Positions 53,294 through 64,000 are shown, counted from the stretch's first letter. The stretch is DNA of 64,000 nt from Chiloscyllium plagiosum (GCF_004010195.1 NC_057755.1:8193082-8257081); one strand, 5' to 3'. The notes: generated by a model not told the origin, from the letters alone. Made by a program: numbers and translations.

Positions 53294-53479
53294 TGGCAGA
53301 TTCAAATCTAAGTCGTCCATTCTTCTCCAGTATGGTCTCAATGTGAATCCAATCACACAGGAAAACTATTCACCGCTAACGTTTCACTGAAATGTTTGAG
53401 TGAAACACTCAATGAGATTCACGGATGTGTTTTAGGACAGTCAACCCCTAGAATTAATTGTCAATCCAATGTGTCAATG

Positions 53480-53640
53480 AAAAATGTACTGAGATGAAAA
53501 CTAAGTTTCGTGGGAAATGATGTAGGGGAAGAGACAGCAAGCCGATATGTTGCAAGTAATTGGATGGAACACAGGAGCTGTTTTCACAGGTGTCATTGGA
53601 CTATATTCCATTCACAGAAGAGGCCTGTGTTTAATGACAG
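53480..53640 (+). promoter_or_regulatory. Orphan copy of the V-gene promoter region with no recognisable leader
   Basis: Colinear with 57710-57870 (CTGAGA..TGTAGGGG..AGCAA..TTCACAGGTGTCA). E-box CAGGTG at 53587-53592. Confidence 0.55.
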
Positions 53641-54547
53641 GCAGAACACTCATCCTCTGGGTAATTTTATTTGAGAGATGATTGCTTTCAACCTTACTTG
53701 CCAAACAATATACCAGCATGGCCTTTATACTGCTTCTCTGACATCGTTCCCTCAGTCTGCACCCAGTGAATTAGTTTGGATAAACATGCTGTCAAACGTT
53801 GATGGAATAAACTTGTTGCATGGAACAAGGGATCAATTTGAACCAAAAATGTCACGTATTTTCTCAACCACAGAATCCTACAGAACAGAAGAGGACTATG
53901 AGGGTGTTGCTGAAAATGTTGCTTCTGTAAATGAGACCAACACATTCACGAAACACTATCACACACTCTCCCTCTCTTGTCAGCCTCGTGTCATTAAATA
54001 GTATTCTTTTAAATTTATCATTGGAATCCGCTTTAAGTGACAAGTTGTACATTTTAAAATAACATTTCAAATGTCGTTCAAGACATGGTGCCGACGAAAC
54101 TGACACTGCATTGCAGAAACACAGATTAGATTCACTCCTGCCCTTTAGGGACTGAAATCCGCCATTCGCATCAGTTCTGCAGTAGATATAACGCCAGACC
54201 CACAGCATTAGGGCTGATGCTGAAGTGCCTCTGACATAGCCCAACAATCCATCACTTGCACAACACCGTGACAGAATAGACCACAAAAAATTCAAGACTG
54301 CATCTTGCCACCATCATCTCAAGAACAGTTCTGGACGTGCAATAAACGGCAGCCATGCCTGCCACACCCGAACCCAGAGTGGGATTAAGTTAAATAGACA
54401 ACTTTTCATTTGTGAAGGACTGTTTCTCCCTGAAATCTCTGGTTTATTTATCTTGCTATACATTTTCAATCATTTGACTTTGCCAGATTATTCATTCCAT
54501 TTCTCCCTTCCTGACCTTGCACTCATTCCTGCTGTTTCACTTTTCTC

Positions 54548-56650
54548 GATGTGGAAGTGCCAATGTTGGACTGGAGAGGAAAAAAGTAAAAAAAAATCAC
54601 ACAACGCCAGGTTATATTCCAATAGGTTTATTCGTAAACACTAGCTTTCTAAGCGCTGTTTCTTCATTAGGTCGTTTCAGAGCCGATCATAAGACACTGA
54701 CATTATGACAACAGGATTGTAGTGCCATGCAATGAAATATTATACAAATTTAGCTTAAGTCTTTCATCTTTCAAAATGACAATGTTAATTTCGGTTCCTT
54801 CATATGTAAAAGTACAAAATATTTAAAAGTTTCATTCTTGAGATGGCATTTAACAATAGGTGTAATCCCAGCTCAGATAATGCATCGAAGGTGTGAAGTT
54901 AAAGGCGACCTGTTTCCCAATGTTAGGTCAGACTTATTCTATTTCTGAAGAGGGAGTTACAGAATTTTACATGGATTTATGCAGTATTTGAGCAAAATAA
55001 AATGTGCAATATAAATTCTTCTCACAAACTGATATGTGTGTGTGTGTGCAGGGGAGACCAAGTGAGTGTGTGCATGTGTGATTGTCGGTGAGAGATTGTG
55101 TATCTGTGTGTGAGTGCAATGAGGTACGGATCTGTGAGAGTGTGCGTGTGTGGTTGTGAGTGTGGGGTGAGTGTGTTGGAGCAAATGAGAGAGATTATGT
55201 ATAAGAGAGGGTTTGCCTGAGTGTGTGGGTCTGTAGGTGTTTGTCTTTGTGTGTGTGTTTGAGAGAGAGAGAGATTGCGAGAGAGAGAGTTTATAGTCGA
55301 GTGGGGTCACCAGTAGTGAGATATTGAACCCAAGGTCACAGTTCAGGCCATCCTCATTGGTACCAAACGTAGCTATCAGCCTCTGCTCGGCCACTTTGAC
55401 TTGTTGCCTGTCCCGAAATCCATCTTCTAATTTTAATTGAAGGGAAAGTACATAGTTATAGCTCAATCTTTTCTAAGGCAAAAACACCATGGAAGAGACT
55501 ATTAGGCTCGTCAAATTAAAATGCGCATTTCTACTGGAAACACGCATTAACATGAAATAAATTTATATATCGTGGCATCTCTTGGATTCTTGAACAAGTT
55601 TCAACATATTCTTCGTGGATGATTACCCGAATGTCTGAAGCTGAATGTCGCGGACCATTGAAGTGTTCCATGAAAGAAAGGGATCATTCCTGCCTGGTGA
55701 TTCGTGTGCGATGTCCATTCATCCATTGCCATAGACTCAGCTCGGTCTCGATAATGTAACATGCCTCAGGGCATCCCTGCCTGTACTGCATGAGATAGTC
55801 ACCTTTGGGTGACCATCCTCCAAGGCAGACTACGGAAAAAGCAACTACGGGAAGTGGCTGAGCAGAGACTGATAGCCAAATTTGTAAACCATGGGAATGG
55901 CCTCAACTGGGACTTTGGGTTCATGTGATACTATAGGTAGCCCCATTACACGATACACACACACACACACACACTCCTCCAGAACCACATACTCAGGCAG
56001 ACCCTTTCTCATGCACAAGCTCTCTCTCATATGCTCACACACACATCGTTCACATGACGCCTACACACGCATCCTGTCCAGACTTATACCCAATTACAAT
56101 CACACACAGATACACACTAAGTCTCACAGACACTGAAACTCCCCCCACCCCCAACCACACACATTCACTCGGCCTCTCTTGCACACAAACATAACAATTT
56201 GTCGGGTTAACTTATGCTTCCAGAATTGCATTTTATTTTGCTCAAAAACTGCAAAAGTCCATGTAAGATTCTGTAGCTCCCACTTTCGAAATAGAATCAG
56301 ATTGACATAACATTGGGACACAGACAGACTTTATCTCCACACTCCAATGCATTATCTGAGCTCAGATGACACCTATTGTTAAAAGCTATTTTAAATTTTA
56401 AAATGTTTTGCAATTTACATATGACAGAACCAAAACTAACATGGTCATTCAAAAAGATGAAACTCTTAAGCTATATTTGTTTAATATTACATTCCTTGAC
56501 ATTGCAATCCTGTTGATAAACCGTCTGTGTCTTATCATTCTGCTCCACAACCACCTAATGAAGAAGCAGCACCGAGAAAGGTAGTTCTTCCCAATAAGAA
56601 TGCTGGACTATAAACAAGTGTTTTGTGATTTTTGTTTTTTCACTTTTGAG
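54548..56650. mobile_element. Penelope-like element with long inverted arms around a GIY-YIG fragment
   Basis: ~54550-55430 is the imperfect reverse complement of ~55830-56650. Minus strand gives YLMQYRQGCPEACYIIETE..MNGHR (~55700-55800) and AEQRLIATFGTNEDGLNCDLGF. Confidence 0.8.
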
Positions 56651-57170
56651 GTATTGATGCAAGTCTGTATTGAAATTTGCTGCTCTTCCATTCAGGCCAA
56701 CCTATACATTTCAGATAAGAACATCTCGATGTCTAATACTATCCCTCCATCTCCCATTTACACTTTCAATCACTTATCTTCCATCATCTTCAATGTATGA
56801 CCTCTTCTTAATTGCAACCCATTTGATCAATTGTCTTAGCTTCTCTAAAGTATAAAATCCTTCTTGAAATTTGAGCCTTGCTATTAATATCACCGTATCA
56901 TTTATCAATCCACTGGGTCCATGAGAAATGCAGAAATTCCAGACCCACCGCAATGTGATTGCCTCTGAAACGTCCTCTCCCAATTAGACATGAGCAATAA
57001 ATGCGGTTCTACTTGCGATGCTTAACTACTGTTAATTAATAAATTGGAAACACATCTGGACTGCAATAAATTTTAGCCCAGTCTGGATAGGAAATAATTA
57101 AACTAGCAATTACTACTGTCTTCTGAAGAATTGTTTCTCCCTGAAATTTTTGGTTTCTCTGTTTAGGTAT

Positions 57171-57333
57171 AAAGGTAAAATCACACAACACAACCTTGGA
57201 CAGCCACCTGATGAAGGAGCGCCACTCCGAAAGCTAGTGCTTCCAATTAAACCTGTTGGACTATAACCTTATGTTGCGTGATTTTTAACTTTGTACACCC
57301 CAGTCCAACACCAGCATCTCCAAATCATGACTA
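57171..57333 (+). mobile_element. Short Penelope terminal fragment with 12-bp target duplication
   Basis: Flanked by CTGTTTAGGTAT (57159-57170, 57334-57345). Confidence 0.75.
57202..57242 (+). ncRNA. Minimal hammerhead ribozyme motif (Penelope-associated)
   Basis: AGCCAC-CUGAUGA-A-GGAG-cgcca-CUCC-GAAA-GCUA-GUGCUU: intact core, CAC/GUG stem I, palindromic AGCU. Confidence 0.65.
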
Positions 57334-57783
57334 CTGTTTAGGTATGCACTTGTACACCCTGGATATTACTGCAGCATTCATTCCAAATTTGGCACGACTG
57401 CTCTATTCCTCAGTCCTGCCCTTGCTCTTTCATTTACTTATCCAAATGTGTTTTGAAATTTGCTCTTATTCCACTCAGACCACTCTTTCAGACAGTACAC
57501 TCCCGATCATAAGATAGTCGATGTAGAAAAAGCTCTCATCGTCTCCAGTTTACACAGAAAACAAATAATCTTCCATCACCTGCGCTGTCTGGAATCTTGT
57601 TACTGCCAACCTAATTTAAGAATTGTCTTTGATTATCCAAACTGTCCAGTCCCTCTTAAAATGTGAAGCCTGCTAGCAACACCGCCGTGTCATTTATCAT
57701 TTCAATACGTCACTGAGAAGTATAGCGATGTGGAGCTTACGTTACACAGCAAATAGTGTAGGGGCAATGGGATAGCAACCGGA

Positions 57784-57819
57784 TGTGGTGTATTTAACCA
57801 TAAACTGCCTTCACAGCTG
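57784..57819 (+). promoter_or_regulatory. V-gene promoter motifs: Runx TGTGGT (57784-57789) and E-box CAGCTG (57814-57819)
   Basis: Positionally conserved, about 55-90 bp upstream of the leader ATG at 57872. Confidence 0.5.
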
Positions 57820-57871
57820 TCAGTGGACTGCATTGCATTCAGTGAAGGAGCCAGCTCTAAATGAAAGCATC

Positions 57872-58739
57872 ATGCTCCATGAAGTCTTTTGTCTCATCTG
57901 GATGTTTGCACTGTCCCCAGGTTAGTCAAAGTCACACATTAAATAAAATAATAGATTGTCAAATGTGTTAGCTAACTCGGTAGCACTCTGTGATCTGAGT
58001 GGAAAGTGTGAGTCCCGTCTCTCACTCTTGATCCTGAAACTGGAAGTAAAGGCTAAAACTCCATTTTCAGGTTTTAAGGAAGCTGTAGACTTTTAGAAGA
58101 TCCATAGCGCATACTTAATTCTAAACAGAACTGTACACTTTAGTTTGACACAGTGATTACTGTGTCAGAGAAAAGCAGTTCCTGCTCCAAAATTTCAAGT
58201 TGGATGAACGCCATAAGAAGTGCATGCAAACTTATCATTAAACATTCCTGTTAGTGGATCTTCCTTCAGTCAAAACAATTAGGATGAAATTGAACAGTAA
58301 CCTGACAATTAAGTAAAAAAAAATGCTTGTAACATAGTCTAAAATGATCTTATCTTGTGACAGTATTTTTTTTTTTGGTGACCGGGAATGCCTTGCTTAA
58401 ATGCAATCGTTGTGCTGATGAATTCTTGTCAGAAATTTTAATTTATTCCACTTTACATTTTGCAGGACGTCTGGCCTCTTACGTGGAGCAGTCTCCATCG
58501 ATTGTGTCGATTGCAGCAGGGGACTCGGAAGAAATCAGCTTACAGCTATATGTACTGGTACCGACAGCAACCCAACCGGCCAATAGAAGTTTTATTCTAC
58601 TCTGTTGGTGAAAAGTCAATTACAAATTACACATCCGAATCTTATCGTGCTAAAAGGCCCAGTGAAACTCTGTTTAGTTTGGAACTGAAAGGCACCTCTC
58701 CATCTCACACGGCTGTCTATTTCTGTGCATGTAGTAGTG
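57872..58739 (+). pseudogene. TCR beta-like V gene 3 (leader 57872-57920, V exon 58466-58739), frameshifted by a 20-nt deletion
   Basis: Leader MLHEVFCLIWMFALSP G|GT, acceptor TTTGCAG|. V reads GRLASYVEQSPSIVSIAAGDS/-/KKSAYSYMYWYRQQPNRPIEVLFYSVGEKSITNYTSESYRAKRPSETLFSLELKGTSPSHTAVYFCACSS. Confidence 0.92.
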
Positions 58740-58778
58740 CACAGTGTTAGAGATATTATCTTTGCAACTACAAAAACC
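58740..58778 (+). other. Consensus V(D)J recombination signal sequence, 23-bp spacer
   Basis: CACAGTG + TTAGAGATATTATCTTTGCAACT (23 nt) + ACAAAAACC. Confidence 0.97.
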
Positions 58779-59544
58779 TGTATTCGAGAACAGGGATGTT
58801 CAGGACTCTTTTTCCCACCAACAGGTGGGGACAGACGATTGATGTTCAGAGCACATTTTCTGTGACAAGAGAGAAGACTTCGCTCTCTGGTAGCGAACGA
58901 GCCAGATTTAATGAGTAAGTTCACTATAATAGCTTCATTCTCGCCAGTAGAGAGAGTGATAATTCCAGAAACAATCTGAATGATCCCCAAAAAAACGTCA
59001 AACTTTATTGATGTGCGGATTTCTTGCAGGCTGTGTTTAATAAAATGTAATTGGCTGTCAAAATGTTTGGAAACCACCTGCTTGCAAAACTATCAAGAAT
59101 TCTTCCAGCAACTAGTCTCCCCTTTTTACAAACTGAGGTTCAGTTGAAATCTTTAAAAGGCAGGTTCAGAGCTTCTTCCACAACATGGTCGAGACGTACC
59201 TCCACTCAAAAAGCAATGTTGTTCACCACTCTCATTCCACTGAAATAGGCGAATAATCTACTCAACAACATTGACAGGTGCATCGCACCACAGTCCAATC
59301 CTATATTAAACAAAAGTGCAAACACAACTCTCCATTATTGGATCATTCTTATGACTGAAGATTCTTTCACGTCACCTGTGAAACATCAGAACAGCCCCTC
59401 CTGCTCTCATCTTTCTTTGACAGTGCATGTTCCCTCAGTCCATCACAGTAAAGTAATTCGAAAAAACGCACAGTCACAAGTTGGTGGCATCAGTCTCACG
59501 GCATGAAACAAGGAAGAACTTTGACACAAGACTGTTGCATATTT

Positions 59545-59770
59545 CAGATATGGAAATGTGTTGCTGGAAAAGCGCAGCAGGTCAGGCAGCATGTAGGGAA
59601 CAGGAGAATCGACGTTTCGGGCATTAGCCCTTCTTCAGGACAAGGGCTAAGAAGGGCTAATGCCCGAAACGTCGATTCTCCTGTTCCCTAGATGCTGCCT
59701 GACCTGCTGCGCTTTTCCAGCAACACATTTCCATCTCTGATCTCCAGCATCTGCAGACCTCACTTTCTCC
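59545..59770. mobile_element. Young fold-back Penelope-derived element; intact hammerhead core on the minus strand at 59611-59638
   Basis: Near-perfect inverted arms ~59550-59635 and ~59650-59735. Minus strand reads CUGAAGA-A-GGGC-UAAU-GCCC-GAAA-CGUC. Confidence 0.8.
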
Positions 59771-61152
59771 TGTTGCATATTTCACCAAAGTGCAGGATCC
59801 TATGGAACAGACTATAACTATAAAGGTGCTCCTGGCAACATCATTTCTACAGATGGGATCAGCACAGTTGTGCGCTGTGATCAAACTCTGCCTGTCACAT
59901 GTTCCTGGTGTCAGACTAAAGTGTCTTTTAAAATGTGTCATTGAAATCCGTTTCAAGTAACTAATTGTGCATTAAAAGGAACAGTTCAAATCCTGTTCAA
60001 CTCATTGTGATCATGAAAGTGTGTTTAAGTGCTAAATAAATCTCTTTGACTGATACCCTTTTGAGAATGAAATCTGCCATTCCAACCAGGTCTGGAGTCA
60101 ATGTAACACCAGACAAGTAACAATAATTCTGACTTTGAAATAGCCCAGCAAACCAACACTTCTGCAAAATAGTGACACGAACAGTAGATCATGAAAATTC
60201 AAAAAGACATCTCTTAACCACCTCCTCAAGTACAAAGACAGCTGGGGGAGATGGCCTAGTCTGATTATAGCTGAACTGTTCTGGGAAAACGAATACTGTT
60301 CCTGGCACAAATGTTCAAACCTGCCGCAGCAAATGCTGCAGCTTGAATTCAATAAACAGGAATGTAGAATTAAGAGTCTAATGATAATGAAACAATTGTC
60401 GATTTTTTTGAAAAAAAGTACTCACGTACGAATGTCCTTACTTCATCTGGCATCCAATGTGACTCCAAACCCACAGTAATATAATTGCTTCTGAACTGAT
60501 GTCTGGGCAATTAGGGTTGGGAAATAAATGTTGCTCAGATGATGGAGCCTCATCCTATGATTGAATAAAAGCCAAAATACCTAAATGTAGGCCAGCCAAG
60601 CCACCAGCATTCCAAGAAGGAATTCTCTCTCGAGAAGGATTACTTCTCCCTTAAATCTCTGGTTTATCTGTTTCGGTGTATATTTATAGTTCCTGAATAT
60701 TCTTACAGTATTCTTTCCAAATCTGGCCACATGTTTTTACCTCGTTTCTACTATTTCTCTTTTCATGTATTTATGAAAGCCTGTTTGGAAGTTTCTTGTT
60801 ATTCCACACAGACCACTCTTGGTGACAATGCATTTTAGATCTGCATCTTGATGTATTAAATATTTCTGCTCTTATCCAGTTAATGACGATCCAATTTGCC
60901 TTTTCTTATCCAGACAATATAACCCCTTCTTAAATTTGGGCCCTGCTATTAAAACCGCAATGTCATCTATAAATGCAATTAGACGATTAGAAATGCAGAG
61001 AGATGGAATCTACACTTCACAGCAAATGGTATTGAGAAATAAGATAGTACCTTCATATTGTGTATCTAATCAGATGAAACAGAGGAACCGCCTTCACAGG
61101 CATTACTTTACTGCACTCCTTTCTCAGGGAACCAGTGCGAAGTGACAGTATC

Positions 61153-61995
61153 ATATTATATGATCTTCCTTATCTCGTTTGGATTTTTGCACTATCCCAG
61201 GTTATTCGAACGTACGCAATGAATGCAACAATACAATGTTACATATGCTGTAGATCACTCAATAGCACTCGCCCATCTGGGTTGGAAAGTCTTCGGCCTG
61301 AGTTGCACTCCATGTCCTGGAGTTGGAAATCAAGGCAGACTACTCCACTACTCATTGCTGGGCAGCACTGCACTTTTACAAGATTCATAATGAATGTATA
61401 AAGATTGCAAAGTCCTCTTCAGCCGGCTTCAGGTCATCCTCCAAAATTCGAAACTGGAACAATGTTTGGAAAGAGACATATGCACTGGCCATTAGATATT
61501 GCTTTTATTGGCTCTTCCTTTGCTCAAAACTTAAAAGTAATCTGACATTTTCTAAAAAAAATGCTCGTAACATGTAGTAAATTGTTGTTGTATTGCAACA
61601 AGTTTTATATTCCCATAATTATTTTGTTTAAATGCAGCCATTGTGCTGAGGAATGCATGTCAGAAATTTAAGTCTTTTCCATTTTACATTCGATAGAAAT
61701 TTGTCTTTCTACATAGAGCACCCTTCTTCCATTGTGTCAATTAGAAGAGAGGACTCGGATACACTCAAATGCACACTGAAGAAGACAGCACACAGTTATT
61801 GGTTCTGTCACGAGCAGCAACCAAAATGAACAATAGAAGGTTTATTTGACATCAAATCTTACCAGGCTAAAAGACTCAGTGAAAAGCTGTTTACATTGCA
61901 AACGAGAGGCGCTTCTCAGTCTCACAAGGCTGTCTAAATCTGTATATGTAGCACCACAAATTGTTTGATACAGTTTATTTGCAGCTGCAGAAGCC
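61153..61995 (+). pseudogene. TCR beta-like V pseudogene 4 (leader 61153-61200 with ATG>ATA; V exon 61697-61956; decayed 23-RSS 61957-61995)
   Basis: ILYDLPYLVWIFALSQ|GT. V reads YIEHPSSIVSIRREDSDTLKCTLKKTAHSYWFCHEQQPK*TIEGLFDIKSYQAKRLSEKLFTLQTRGASQSHKAV*ICICS. CAAATTG-23 bp-GCAGAAGCC aligns without gaps to the RSS at 58740. Confidence 0.85.
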
Positions 61996-62459
61996 TGTAT
62001 TCGATAATAAGGACTTTCATGACTCATCACCACAAACAGGGAGGAACAGACTATTGACGTTCAGAGCATATTTTCTGTGAGAAGAAAGATGACTTCACTA
62101 TCTGTTAGGTAAAGAGCCAGATTTTGACATTAAATTCAATATTTTATCCTCATTCTCTCCAGCGTAGAGAGTGATAATTCCAGAACAAGTCTGAACAAAT
62201 GCCAAAAACAGCAAATTTCATTCATGTACGAATTCCTGGCAGGTATTTCTGTGTTTAATGAAATAAAAACTGATTGGTGTGTGTAGGAATCAATTACTCA
62301 CAAAACGCACGAAGAATCTCTCCAGTATGTTCTGGAGACGATTTCTGTGCCCATATTAAGAACCAGAGAATGTGACGGGCAGAAGATGAAATTCAGAACG
62401 TCATTTCTATCCGAGCGCTTTGCAAGGATGCGTGTGTTGACTTCAATCGACATTGTTCG

Positions 62460-63320
62460 GCATGATTTGGAAAAGCCGGTGTTGGACTGGGGTGTACAAA
62501 TTTAAAAATCGCAAAACACCAGATTATAGTCCAACAGGTTTATTTGGAAGCATTAGCTTTCAGAGCACTGCTCCTTCATCGGGTGGTTGTGGAGTATCAG
62601 ATTGTAAGGCACAGAATTTACAGCAAAAGTTTTTCAGTGTGATGTAACTGAAATTATGCATTGAAAAAGCTGGTTTCTTTGTTACGTCTTTTATCTTTCA
62701 GAATGACCATGTTGGTTTCAGTTCTTTCATATGTAAATCACAAAGCCTTTTCTTAAAGTTACATTCTCAAGAGAACTTTCACAATTGATGTCATGTCGGC
62801 CCAGGTAATGCATTGAAGGTGTAGGCTGCCCTATATGAGACTGCCTGTGCCACAATGCTCAGATTGATTCTAATCTTAAAAAAATACAGAATCTTACATG
62901 GATGCATGCAGTTTTTAAGCAAAATAAAATGTAATTCTGCAAGTACAAAGTCACTCCACAAACCTATATGCAATGGGGTCACCTGTGGTGTGACTTAAAC
63001 TCAAGGTCCTGGTTGAGGCCATCACCATGGGTACCAAACTCATTCAGTTTGGTACCAATGGGGATGGCCTCAACCGGAACCTTGGGTTCATGTCACACTA
63101 CAGGTCACCCCATTACACTGTACACACACACACACAGACAGATGCACACACAGAATCAGGCACAGACTCACTCCAACACATACACATGCACACACACTTC
63201 TACAGTCACATATATTCTGGTAGACCCCCTCTCATATGCTCACACATGCACTCCCACACTCATACACGCACACTCTCACAGACTTTTACTCCTTCGCACT
63301 CACACACATACACATATTCT
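62460..63320. mobile_element. Penelope-like element fragment with internal fold-back
   Basis: Same family as 54548-56650. Encodes QFGTNGDGLNRNLGF. Hairpin at 62969-63117. Confidence 0.75.
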
Positions 63321-64000
63321 GTCGCAGCCTGCAAGGAAAGACAGGTTTAGAAAGGAAGGGCAAAATGTGTTAATGCATGCTTGGAGGGTCAAATGGCATG
63401 TTTCTCTCTGTATTGTTCTTTGTTTTATTAGTGCGTCACTGCTCCGTACATACGAGCAATATTATACTGTAAGGAAAATAAGGCAAACTATGTCGACCTC
63501 ACTTCAACTGAATTCAAATAAAAATTACACAAAATATTTCAAAATCGTCAATATTATTCTATTATTCTTAATCACGCATTAAAAATGGACAATAATTATT
63601 ATTCCATCCAGCGACATCCGCAACACTCGAAAGAGCATATGAAAGAGCTACTACTCTCCAGTCAAAGATTGTTTCCCTGAAGTCTCTGCACGATAACTGG
63701 CATAATCAAATATAATCACGTGACGTCTCTACAGTGTGTTCGTCCAATCATCCTGACGTGCGATTTCCCTCATTTGAGCCGTTTCTCTTTTAAAGACAGG
63801 GATTCAAATATGTTTTCAAAGTTGTTGTAATCCCTCTCAGACCACATTTGCAGACAATGCATTTAAATTTGGCCATTGAATGTATCATGTGTTCTCCTCA
63901 TCTCCCACTTACAGTTTCAATCAAATATCTTGCATGATCTTCAACGTCTGGATTCTTATAATTAACAAACCAATACCTTTGCTCAGTTGAAATATATATT

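Noticed and set aside
58460-58750. 96-aa ORF as an intact functional V exon
   Set aside because: Its first third is the wrong frame. The spliced leader frame shifts at 58529/58530 and the first Cys is absent.
57872-58778. IgNAR / NAR-TCR or IgH V identity for the V family
   Set aside because: The CDR2 region is full length (LFYSVGEK..), and the YMYWYRQ, AKRP..FSLEL and CxxS features fit TRBV better. This was judged by eye and not tested phylogenetically.
62968-63582. 204-aa ORF
   Set aside because: Composed of Penelope fold-back sequence and CA microsatellite translation (THTH runs), with no coherent domain.

Overview
Vertebrate nuclear DNA, almost certainly from a cartilaginous fish (shark), judged from its repeats: CR1 LINEs with SGNH-esterase ORF1, HE1/V-type SINEs, Penelope-like elements, Rex/Babar LINEs and Gmr1-type Gypsy elements. 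Two gene arrays point away from each other. On the minus strand (left) is a tandem family of two-exon class A GPCRs of the chondrichthyan 'GPR139-like' type: one apparently intact 325-aa gene (17627-17561 joined to 14576-13666) and exon 1 of a paralogue (2622-2556). On the plus strand (about 24.7-64 kb) is a tandemly duplicated cassette of promoter, leader exon, intron, V exon and 23-bp-spacer RSS, resembling T-cell receptor beta V genes. At least four V genes are recognisable and all are disabled. The best preserved (57872-58778) has an intact leader, splice sites and a perfect 23-RSS, and its only visible lesion is a 20-nt deletion removing the first Cys. Several cassette promoters retain Runx and E-box motifs. 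Three distinct Penelope families carry minimal hammerhead ribozyme cores. There is one assembly gap (29476-29664). Repeat boundaries were read by eye and are approximate.
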